From a virus (taxonomy: Duplodnaviria > Heunggongvirae > Uroviricota > Caudoviricetes), in the IMG/VR virus record IMGVR_UViG_3300029849_000005, positions 19,937 to 83,936 of that record: a stretch of DNA of 64,000 nucleotides. One strand, written 5' to 3'. The notes under the pieces are model-generated. The model saw nothing but the letters and a program-made list of their open reading frames with translations. It was not told the DNA's origin and searched no databases. The position numbers and the translations under genes were made by a program. Below are positions 56,679-64,000 of the stretch, in pieces; within the stretch, counting starts at the first letter, position 1; each line of letters starts with the position of its first letter.

Positions 56679-57374
56679 TTACGGTATTAGATAGTCCACA
56701 CGAAGGTCTACTGTCTCTTCGTTTGCTTCTAACACCACAGTCGTCGAAAGAATGTCAGGATTGTCAGCTGTAGTTATCATACTCACAATATCATGTGGGG
56801 ATTCTAAGTATAAATAACCTCTACCGTCCCAAGCTGGAACATATCCACCTCGTAGAATGTTTCGAGACGGAATAGACTTATAATAATAGTGTGCTGGCCG
56901 GTAGTGAGCGAATGATACATTAATAGCTGATTGGTGTGTGCCTATGGTAAAACCACCCAGGACTGTTGCCAGTCTCATCACCTTACTAACGTATTTTGAA
57001 TCGCCTACTACATCTAGTCTTATGTTCAAGCCTGGATAGTAGAATTTAGCAACTCTCCTGCTTATATCCTTCAACGTTTGAAGAGATTGAAATTCAGCAA
57101 CATCAACATAGTCTTTCTCCGATTCAGAACTACCGAAGATACAATTAATTGGTATTGGCTGATTGGCTTCAATACATTCTTCCAAAATAGTGATTGCTTC
57201 GGACGGAATAGCTTCATTACCAAGTCTGATTCTCTTAGTCCCATATAAGATATGAGCTATAATCTGACTAAGTGGCAATGATAATTTCTCCTTGGCAAAG
57301 TTGCTTTCCAAATCATATAGATATTGGCAAATATGTGCACTGAATGGCGTGTTCCCTTGTACTGTAAACTTCAT
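56679..57374 (-). CDS. hypothetical protein
   Basis: 231-aa ORF. A GSS...DYVD segment is weakly nucleotidyltransferase-like. Not assignable. Confidence 0.45.
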   Translation of the reverse strand: MKFTVQGNTPFSAHICQYLYDLESNFAKEKLSLPLSQIIAHILYGTKRIRLGNEAIPSEAITILEECIEANQPIPINCIFGSSESEKDYVDVAEFQSLQTLKDISRRVAKFYYPGLNIRLDVVGDSKYVSKVMRLATVLGGFTIGTHQSAINVSFAHYRPAHYYYKSIPSRNILRGGYVPAWDGRGYLYLESPHDIVSMITTADNPDILSTTVVLEANEETVDLRVDYLIP

Positions 57375-57868
57375 ACTATCTGTTCAACTGTTATTAATTT
57401 AGTGATTCTATAACCTCTCGATTTCAGGAATTTGATTGCTTCCATTTCAGCTTGTGTAATAGGAATCAGATGTTTGTCTTCTTCCGCTTCTGTAACAGCT
57501 TCCATTTCAGCTTGTGGCTTAGGTTTGGGAGGTGCTACATAAGTGCCAGCTTTAATAGCCATTCTCTTAGCATATGCATCTCTCTGTATCTTAGCCATTT
57601 CTTTCCTGCTGATAGTTATCAATTCAATGACTCTAGTCTCATACAAAGGGCCATGTTCTTTCCACATAAATCCTTTAGTATAGATAGCACTGTCAGGTTC
57701 AATCACTCCCTGCTTACGCAAAACAGCCATGAAGTTCTCTGGCCTTGGGAAGCCATTCTTCTTTAAATCCCTGACTACATCTGTAATCTTAAAAGGCCCA
57801 GGATTCATTGCCTTTACCGTGTTAAAAATCCGAACGATGTCATCGTCGGATATTGACCTCTTTCCCAT
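57371..57868 (-). CDS. hypothetical protein
   Basis: 165-aa ORF, coupled to the downstream gene. Confidence 0.4.
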   Translation of the reverse strand: MGKRSISDDDIVRIFNTVKAMNPGPFKITDVVRDLKKNGFPRPENFMAVLRKQGVIEPDSAIYTKGFMWKEHGPLYETRVIELITISRKEMAKIQRDAYAKRMAIKAGTYVAPPKPKPQAEMEAVTEAEEDKHLIPITQAEMEAIKFLKSRGYRITKLITVEQIV

Positions 57869-57894
57869 AATTTCAATAACTTTTAGTGAAACAA

Positions 57895-58176
57895 TTACTC
57901 TTTATATATTCTAATTCGAGATTTACGTAGATGTACACGCATTCGTTTAACCTCGGACAGAATCCAATTACGTTTGCATTGATGTAACCATGCAATTACA
58001 TCTTCGTCAAATAATAATTCTTGACCACAGTAGTATGTGCCACTGTAGTAAGTATCAAGCTTTGGTCTTAATATGTCATGAGGACTATCAGTAACTATGT
58101 ATTGATAATCCTCACCTCTTATTAATTTCAGCTTCTTTGACTCCTTGCGAAGTTTCTTTAATAACCTTGCTTTCAT
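57895..58176 (-). CDS. hypothetical basic protein
   Basis: 93-aa ORF. Confidence 0.4.
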   Translation of the reverse strand: MKARLLKKLRKESKKLKLIRGEDYQYIVTDSPHDILRPKLDTYYSGTYYCGQELLFDEDVIAWLHQCKRNWILSEVKRMRVHLRKSRIRIYKE

Positions 58177-58580
58177 TTTAATAGTTCCAATTTAGCTACG
58201 TCCTTATCATACCATATCCCAATCCAGAAGTTGTCTACAAAGTTCCTATGATTCATGATGGTATAATTAAGCCTTAAGATATCACTAGATATAAGATAGT
58301 AATTCTTCCTATCAGTAGCCTCCAATGTTTCTTTGAGCACTGCGTGCTTGCCAATAATTTGAATATTCCTTGTAATAGCGAATGGTAATGAAATCGCTGC
58401 CCCAACTGTTGCTATTGAGAATACAACCTCAACTGCCACTGCAACTCCTCTTAGGTCTTCAGACCCTACTCGCGAAAGACATACACAAATAAGTAAAACA
58501 ATCACTGCAATAATCCCATAAAATTGATATTTAAACGTTAATAATAGTGGACCATCGCGGACTCGAACCGCGGTCTTCAC
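58173..58580 (-). CDS. membrane protein (two TM helices)
   Basis: 135 aa. Its 5' end overlaps a tRNA 3'-fragment-like sequence, so the true start is uncertain. Confidence 0.4.
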   Translation of the reverse strand: MKTAVRVRDGPLLLTFKYQFYGIIAVIVLLICVCLSRVGSEDLRGVAVAVEVVFSIATVGAAISLPFAITRNIQIIGKHAVLKETLEATDRKNYYLISSDILRLNYTIMNHRNFVDNFWIGIWYDKDVAKLELLK

Positions 58581-58590
58581 AACTCTAAAT
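58545..58590 (-). pseudogene. isolated tRNA 3'-half-like fragment (T arm plus acceptor 3' strand)
   Basis: Minus strand reads CCGCGG-TTCGAGT-CCGCGA-TGGTCCA. No matching 5' half within ~200 nt. Confidence 0.3.
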
Positions 58591-59131
58591 AATAAGATTA
58601 CGTGTGTCTCTATTTTATTACATCAGCTGTTGAGTTCAGCATGTAGGTAGTTTTACTAAGAAGCCGAGTGTTAATTCACCAATTACGTCTCCCTCGTAGG
58701 GCTACGACTTAGTTGTTCACAAACTACCAAACTGGGCTTGACCGAACGGTCGCTCCACCACTCCATTTACGTTGGAGAACGTTTCTATTTGTAACCCATA
58801 GATAGGTAGTGGAGATTTCAGCTTTACTAACCTTTGGCTTTCAAGTTAAGTGGGCTGCCCTATATGCTTCTTCCCACACCTCTTCTGTTTCTAGGTCTCT
58901 CCAATTAACCCGACTTAATCAATGACGTCCACTAATTAAGCCAGCAGCTTAGGCTGCCATTCTGTAAGTAGTGTTTCCACTTAAATTGCCGTATCATTAT
59001 TAAAGAGTTGGTACGAACTCTACACGTCTTACTACCCAGTCATCATGAATCAATTCCATGTATGGCCCATAAGTGGCATGATTATACTCTCATGCCAGGA
59101 GTCTCATTTAAAATAATGAATATAGCAGCCA

Positions 59132-59171
59132 GTATCCTCCTGTGCCACATTAAGTGGCGTACCCATTATGG
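59132..59171. repeat. non-coding repeat copy A (TCCTGTGCCACA ... GGCGTACCCATTATGG)
   Basis: The 16-mer GGCGTACCCATTATGG and the 12-mer TCCTGTGCCACA recur identically at 63728..63814. Confidence 0.6.
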
Positions 59172-59201
59172 ACTTGGCAGCTTACGAGTTATTTGTTCCA
59201 T

Positions 59202-59555
59202 TTAAAATGGTAAGTTTCCTTCATGTTTCATCCAACTATAAACTACAATTTCATAATCTGGGAAATCGTTGGCAAGTTTAATACAACTGTCAAACGATAA
59301 CTCTGTTATGCATATAAGAGGGTAATCATTGTCAAGCCATTCTCTAATTACATCCTTATCAGGAATATGCTCATCCAATGACCATTTAAGCTCACGTTCA
59401 AGTCTTTCACATATCGTATTTAATTTAATATGGTCATGTGTTCCATATATAACATTTAATATGTAATACAATAAATGGCTATTGAACTTATCAACATCGC
59501 TAATAAGAATATGCCTCTTGGCATTCCTTAAAGAATTAACTGCATTCTGATTCAT
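59202..59555 (-). CDS. hypothetical protein
   Basis: 117-aa ORF. Confidence 0.4.
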   Translation of the reverse strand: MNQNAVNSLRNAKRHILISDVDKFNSHLLYYILNVIYGTHDHIKLNTICERLERELKWSLDEHIPDKDVIREWLDNDYPLICITELSFDSCIKLANDFPDYEIVVYSWMKHEGNLPF

Positions 59556-59717
59556 ACACTTATTAATTAAAAGCCCAAGTGTGTTTCACAACATGGCTGG
59601 GCAAACTCAAAATACAAAACAAAACTTTAAAATGATTGGAGAGGATGGGAGATTCGAACTCCCTCCGCCAGTTCGCAACTAGCCTTCTACCATTAAACTA
59701 ATCCTCTCTTGGCATTA

Positions 59718-60332
59718 TTAACGCTTCACAGCTTCTTCAAAGTTCTTTACAATCTTCTCTGCCTTCTCACGGGAACAGTCAAGCATGTGCATAGTAAGAT
59801 GAATGCGTTGTTCACGCGTCAAATCTTCTATGGCTCCTTCATTGCCTTCTTCTCTAGCCTTGAGAGTTTTTAATAGCTCTTCTGGCGTTTCAACATCAGC
59901 ACCGATAGCCTTAGATATATCCTTCAGAAACTCAAACAAAGCTTTTTTGCCTTCTTCGACTTTAAATGTAGAGCCTTGTCTTTGGTCTCTCATTTTCATA
60001 AGAATGTCAAAGATTTCACGGGCAGAAGCTTCGTCATCCTCATTCAGAGTGACAGCATGACGTTCATGAGGTTGAACACGAATAGATTCGTCTTTAACTT
60101 CCATAACGAGCAAGTCTTCACCGTCACCACGAACAATGACGATTTCACGGTCTTTCCTTTCGTCATAACCGCCACCAACAGTGAAGTTCTTGTAAGGAAC
60201 TTCTTTGCCTTCAGCGGCATCGAGCACATGCCCAAGAATAGTTTCAGCTTCTTCTACGATAGAATCATAGCATGGGTCTTTCTTTGGATTGAAATCAATA
60301 CCAGCTTTCAGGCGTTCTTGTAATTTCTTCAT
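59718..60332 (-). CDS. hypothetical acidic protein
   Basis: 204-aa ORF. Confidence 0.45.
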   Translation of the reverse strand: MKKLQERLKAGIDFNPKKDPCYDSIVEEAETILGHVLDAAEGKEVPYKNFTVGGGYDERKDREIVIVRGDGEDLLVMEVKDESIRVQPHERHAVTLNEDDEASAREIFDILMKMRDQRQGSTFKVEEGKKALFEFLKDISKAIGADVETPEELLKTLKAREEGNEGAIEDLTREQRIHLTMHMLDCSREKAEKIVKNFEEAVKR

Positions 60333-60644
60333 TTCCTTCTAAATTTAAAGAGTTTGATTTATTAATTATTTGATTAGTCTGGTAAGAACCAGACTCCTAT
60401 GGCCGCAACAATACCTATAGCTTCGACTACATATGTAAAATCGCCAGCTGTAGGCAACATGATATTAATAATTACTAATGCTCCAATGGCAGAACTAATT
60501 ATTATATTGTCTTTCTTATTCTTAGTGAGTTTCATAATTACTAATATTGGTTAAGAGTGACTCCACTGTGACGTGCCAAATCACAGTGAAGTTTCGTCGT
60601 AATTTTCAACGACTCATCAGACTCTCTTTTAGACGGAAAGGAGA

Positions 60645-60887
60645 TTATGATATATAATTATCAATAGAATCTCCAGTTGCTGTCCTAATCTGTTCCCATG
60701 GAATGTTCTCTTCTTCGCAAAGCTGTTTGGAGGACTGTATCCACTCCTTGGCGAAGTCTATAAAATCACCGCATTCTCTCTTAGCCATTACCATAGCTTC
60801 TTTGCAGCTGTAAGCGATGATTCCGGGAAGAAGAGATTTGTCATTGTTAATTGCATGTTTAACTATAGGGCTGTTCTTTATATCCAT
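60645..60887 (-). CDS. hypothetical protein
   Basis: 80-aa ORF. Confidence 0.35.
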   Translation of the reverse strand: MDIKNSPIVKHAINNDKSLLPGIIAYSCKEAMVMAKRECGDFIDFAKEWIQSSKQLCEEENIPWEQIRTATGDSIDNYIS

Positions 60888-60897
60888 TGTTTAAAGG

Positions 60898-61131
60898 TTA
60901 GATTGTTGTTACACTGCTGATAATAGAATAATCGATAATGATTGAAAGCATGCCGTTTAAATCAGATGTCTCATAAGGAACCTGATGTTTAGCAATTTGT
61001 CTTTCGGCTTGCTGCATCATGGGCTGGTTAGTTCCAAACCCAAGAAGCAATTTACCTTCACGAGAAGTAACAGATTGATGATTGAGAGTACATGGTATTC
61101 TCTGTTTCCTAAATTGTATCTGCGATAACAT
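60898..61131 (-). CDS. hypothetical protein
   Basis: 77-aa ORF. Confidence 0.35.
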   Translation of the reverse strand: MLSQIQFRKQRIPCTLNHQSVTSREGKLLLGFGTNQPMMQQAERQIAKHQVPYETSDLNGMLSIIIDYSIISSVTTI

Positions 61132-61133
61132 TG

Positions 61134-61478
61134 TTACTTAGTTAATAAGTTAGCAAATCCTTTCCAGAAGTAGCGAGGGAAGTGTCCAGTCAGTTGTACA
61201 TAATTAACTCCTGCTGACACCTTATGTCTAGCTGTAACCTTATGTCCGTCAATGGACATCGTGATTAAGCTGCCAGAAACTGTCACATCACTATCTGACA
61301 TATCATACAAATCTCCTAAGTCCTTAATAGGAATCCACTTAGATGTAGTTTCATCTTTGTAGCTATTAAGACGAGATTGTAGTTTGGCATCAGAAGGCTG
61401 GCCAGTTCTCATATCAATAACCTCACCCTCACAATCTGCAAGGATGAAGTTCTGTGTATAGTTAAAATATAGTTTCAT
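61134..61478 (-). CDS. hypothetical protein
   Basis: 114-aa ORF. Confidence 0.4.
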   Translation of the reverse strand: MKLYFNYTQNFILADCEGEVIDMRTGQPSDAKLQSRLNSYKDETTSKWIPIKDLGDLYDMSDSDVTVSGSLITMSIDGHKVTARHKVSAGVNYVQLTGHFPRYFWKGFANLLTK

Positions 61479-62308
61479 TCAAACGTTACATTATAATCGT
61501 GAATAGCCATAGTACGAGTGTGTAACTCATGGACTTCTACAGCACTTTTCTTGATATATAACTTAAATCTAGTACTAAATTCAGTTATTATATCACCATT
61601 TTGCAAACCTCTAAATTTGGATGCAGACATGGTTTTGTCTGCAAATTTGGCCTTAGTAGTAAGTATATATTGCCCAGTTTTGCATGACATGAGATAGTCT
61701 AAGTAATAGTCTTCTTTGGCTCTCTTTACTTCATAATAATCATTACTTGGGTCAGTGATAAATGTCTCAATGTCAGCAACGTCAGAGATTGGTACCTCCT
61801 TGACAATTACAATCTTCCTGCCCGTAGGATTAACTATCTCGAACTTGAGAGTCTTTCCAATAATCTCAGATAGAATAACCATAACTTGTCTGTTGAACTT
61901 AGTTATTCCTAATACTCTCAAAGCCTGATAGTTTATATTCCTAACATCAGATTTCCATTGGGGTTCTTTGTAGATTCCATTATTAACAATGAATGCCATA
62001 CCTATCCACAACAATCCCTTTTCAGCTGTGGCATGATTGCAGTTATTAGTAGCAATGGATGCCATTTCTGCTCCACTAATTACTAAAGTTCTAGTGTTGC
62101 CAGAACCTTTGACAGTCATATCATGTCCATGTCGCAAATACAATTTACCTTCGTCTGAAGTTAAGGTGTCTCTACCAGCCAGCTCGTTAACTGTTTTAAT
62201 AAACATCTCATCCACAGCTTTCCAGGCTCTCGGATTTGCTAGTATAGCTTTAAGGGCTTCCACATTCTGTGGGATAGTATATCTGTTAGATATTTCTTCT
62301 AAAGTCAT
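61475..62308 (-). CDS. hypothetical protein
   Basis: 277-aa ORF. Confidence 0.45.
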   Translation of the reverse strand: MTLEEISNRYTIPQNVEALKAILANPRAWKAVDEMFIKTVNELAGRDTLTSDEGKLYLRHGHDMTVKGSGNTRTLVISGAEMASIATNNCNHATAEKGLLWIGMAFIVNNGIYKEPQWKSDVRNINYQALRVLGITKFNRQVMVILSEIIGKTLKFEIVNPTGRKIVIVKEVPISDVADIETFITDPSNDYYEVKRAKEDYYLDYLMSCKTGQYILTTKAKFADKTMSASKFRGLQNGDIITEFSTRFKLYIKKSAVEVHELHTRTMAIHDYNVTFE

Positions 62309-62371
62309 AAAATAAGTTGGCAGTTGACCTACTCACTGCCAGGTTCTAAAAATATGGAAATGTAATACTCC

Positions 62372-63199
62372 TTAGCGTTTTAACGATGCCACTTCTATGT
62401 AAGAATTGAACCAATTCTTTTCTGAAGGTTCTTCCCACCTACCGGAATCGACTCTACGCTTCAACCGATTCATGAACTGGTCTACAGAAATATTCATAAT
62501 ATCTCTGGCTCGTATCCAATCCTTGATTCTATATCTCCTAAACGGAGACAAGTCAGTCTCTCCTGTACCTCTTCTAGCACCAAGGATTTCGCCAATAAGT
62601 TTCAGTTGATTAAGCGTAGGCATAGCTTTCTTCACCATTTCTTCCGTAATAACCAAGGTGCCGTCTCTGAATGCAGCTTCAGCATTATTAGAAGACAGAG
62701 GACTTAGAAGTGCTAGAGCTGCCGTCACACTATACATTGTACCTTTCATGAAATACTTAGAATGCTTCTCCATGAAGGATTTCAGTATTATGTATGAGCT
62801 CTTCTTTTGCTTGACATATGATATGAGTCTGTCATTTGCCTTCCAACTCTTCTGTGTGTTATTGATGAGCATGCACGTTTCTGTTGCTTCAACATCCTTT
62901 ACCAAGTACAACTTCATAGTAAAGGGAATACCTCTGCGCAAACATTCTCTATATGCAGATGTTCTGTGAGCACCTTCGATGACAGTGAATGTTCCAGCAG
63001 ACACAATGATAGGAGGAATGAAGAGCCCTTCTTGAATAGCCTTAACTAGGTCGTTTACCTTGTTAGGCTTAATTTCCCTGTTTGTCTCAAGAAGATGAAG
63101 GCCGTTCAATATGTCGGCATTCTTCTCTGTAACCACGTAAGTCGGTTCGATTGGTAATTGTTTCAGTTTGTTAACAAGTGATAATTCCATAATCTTCAT
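62372..63199 (-). CDS. ParB-like nuclease-domain protein
   Basis: PPIIVSAGTFTVIEGAHRTSAY resembles the ParB/Srx-fold GxHR motif. 275 aa. Confidence 0.5.
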   Translation of the reverse strand: MKIMELSLVNKLKQLPIEPTYVVTEKNADILNGLHLLETNREIKPNKVNDLVKAIQEGLFIPPIIVSAGTFTVIEGAHRTSAYRECLRRGIPFTMKLYLVKDVEATETCMLINNTQKSWKANDRLISYVKQKKSSYIILKSFMEKHSKYFMKGTMYSVTAALALLSPLSSNNAEAAFRDGTLVITEEMVKKAMPTLNQLKLIGEILGARRGTGETDLSPFRRYRIKDWIRARDIMNISVDQFMNRLKRRVDSGRWEEPSEKNWFNSYIEVASLKR

Positions 63200-63255
63200 G
63201 CATTTTACCTATACAATGCAAGGTTTTAGTGAAACGTTAATTATTAATGATGTAA

Positions 63256-63480
63256 TCAAGATTTACGGTCAATAAGCATGTTGTTATCAGCAAGGATATC
63301 AAGCATTACCTCCTCTTCCGCTTCAATCATGTCTGGTTCTACCTGATTCCAAGGATATAGATTACATATCCAAGTAATGTCTGCACTGTTAGATATTACT
63401 TGTTTGTGTAAACCTACTAAAGCATATGGGTGTTTAGTAGCGTAATTTCTTCCAAATCTAATGGCTAGCTTATATTGCAA
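63256..63480 (-). CDS. hypothetical small protein (non-ATG start in the track)
   Basis: 74-aa ORF. The codon at 63478-63480 is TTG on the minus strand, so the start is uncertain. A 7-1-7 palindrome sits ~35 nt upstream. Confidence 0.3.
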   Translation of the reverse strand: MQYKLAIRFGRNYATKHPYALVGLHKQVISNSADITWICNLYPWNQVEPDMIEAEEEVMLDILADNNMLIDRKS

Positions 63481-63514
63481 AAAGATTCTAAGTGGAGTCA
63501 GTTTCCATTTACTA

Positions 63515-63529
63515 ATTTAGTCACTAAAT
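63515..63529. promoter_or_regulatory. perfect palindrome ATTTAGTcACTAAAT upstream of the 63480 gene
   Basis: 15-nt perfect inverted repeat seen directly. Confidence 0.3.
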
Positions 63530-63727
63530 AAAAATACTGTTTCATGATTTAATACAACTTACCTATACGTTGTGAGGTCTTTAATGGTTAATTACGACTA
63601 ATTAGTTTCAGTCTATTGACTTACTTATAGCATCGCCACGTAAAGGCTTAGTCATGATGCCACTCCCGTCACGGGAGGATATGCTGTAATAAAATGAACA
63701 AAAATATTGTCACAATAAAAGACCCCA

Positions 63728-63814
63728 CCTTCCTGTGCCACACTCCTTTGCCTTATCTCACGATAAGACATCTCTCCAGTATTAGGAGATGCTCTGCATT
63801 AGTCTCCGGGCGTA
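63728..63814. repeat. non-coding repeat copy B (TCCTGTGCCACA ... GGCGTACCCATTATGG)
   Basis: Same 12-mer and 16-mer as copy A, separated here by ~55 extra nt. Confidence 0.6.
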
Positions 63815-64000
63815 CCCATTATGGTGGTAGATTATATTATTTCTACGAAAGTAATCACGCAATAGTTTTACATTTACTCACCTTTAAGATGAGTTCTTGG
63901 TCTTCAGGGTCTTTCTCTAACTGACGTTCGTAGCTAGTAAGACTGAATCCTTGCCAGTTCTCTAGACACCATGCTACATAGAATGGATTGAAGTAACAGA

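Noticed and set aside
59008-59205. Plus-strand 65-aa ORF and the similar 63694..63924 ORF as paralogous small proteins
   Set aside because: The shared LCH and RTHYG residues derive from 12- and 16-nt stretches that are identical even at synonymous positions while the rest diverges. That points to nucleotide-level conservation. They are treated as non-coding repeats.

Overview
AT-rich, phage-like window with all genes on the minus strand and very tight spacing (many ATGA/ATG-TAA overlaps). The gene content is consistent with a large Bacteroidota-infecting (possibly crAss-like) phage, but this cannot be confirmed without searches. First ~23 kb: a replication and nucleotide-metabolism module: dUTPase, Dda/RecD-like SF1 helicase, anaerobic RNR NrdD plus activase NrdG, calcineurin-like phosphoesterase, PD-(D/E)XK nuclease, HAD 5'-deoxyribonucleotidase, DnaG-like primase, SSB-like and Sak4-like ATPase, DnaB-like helicase, SF2 DEXH helicase, ferritin-like protein. 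A later part also encodes RNase H. From ~26 kb to ~54.5 kb the window holds an array of about 29 minus-strand tRNA genes interleaved with protein genes. The array includes a candidate amber-suppressor tRNA (anticodon CUA), three CAT tRNAs, a type-II tRNA with a UGU anticodon and two aberrant tRNA-like genes. Many tRNAs are preceded by a covarying leader helix that abuts the tRNA 5' end. Protein genes of note: a short PurA-family adenylosuccinate-synthetase homologue that lacks the guanine-recognition region (PurZ-like candidate), flanked by an AAA+ ATPase and a vWA protein; an NfeD-like protein plus flotillin (SPFH) pair; a three-member paralogous family; a bactofilin-like protein; an internally duplicated protein; a very acidic small protein; an S24-peptidase-like protein; a ParB-like nuclease-domain protein; and a 564-aa protein with a possible vWA/TROVE-like architecture next to a structured non-coding region. 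Two ~40-90 nt non-coding regions share identical 12- and 16-mers and flank a ~4.6 kb segment; a tRNA 3'-end fragment lies nearby. All tRNA calls, motif assignments and coordinates were derived by eye and by hand folding. No database search was possible.
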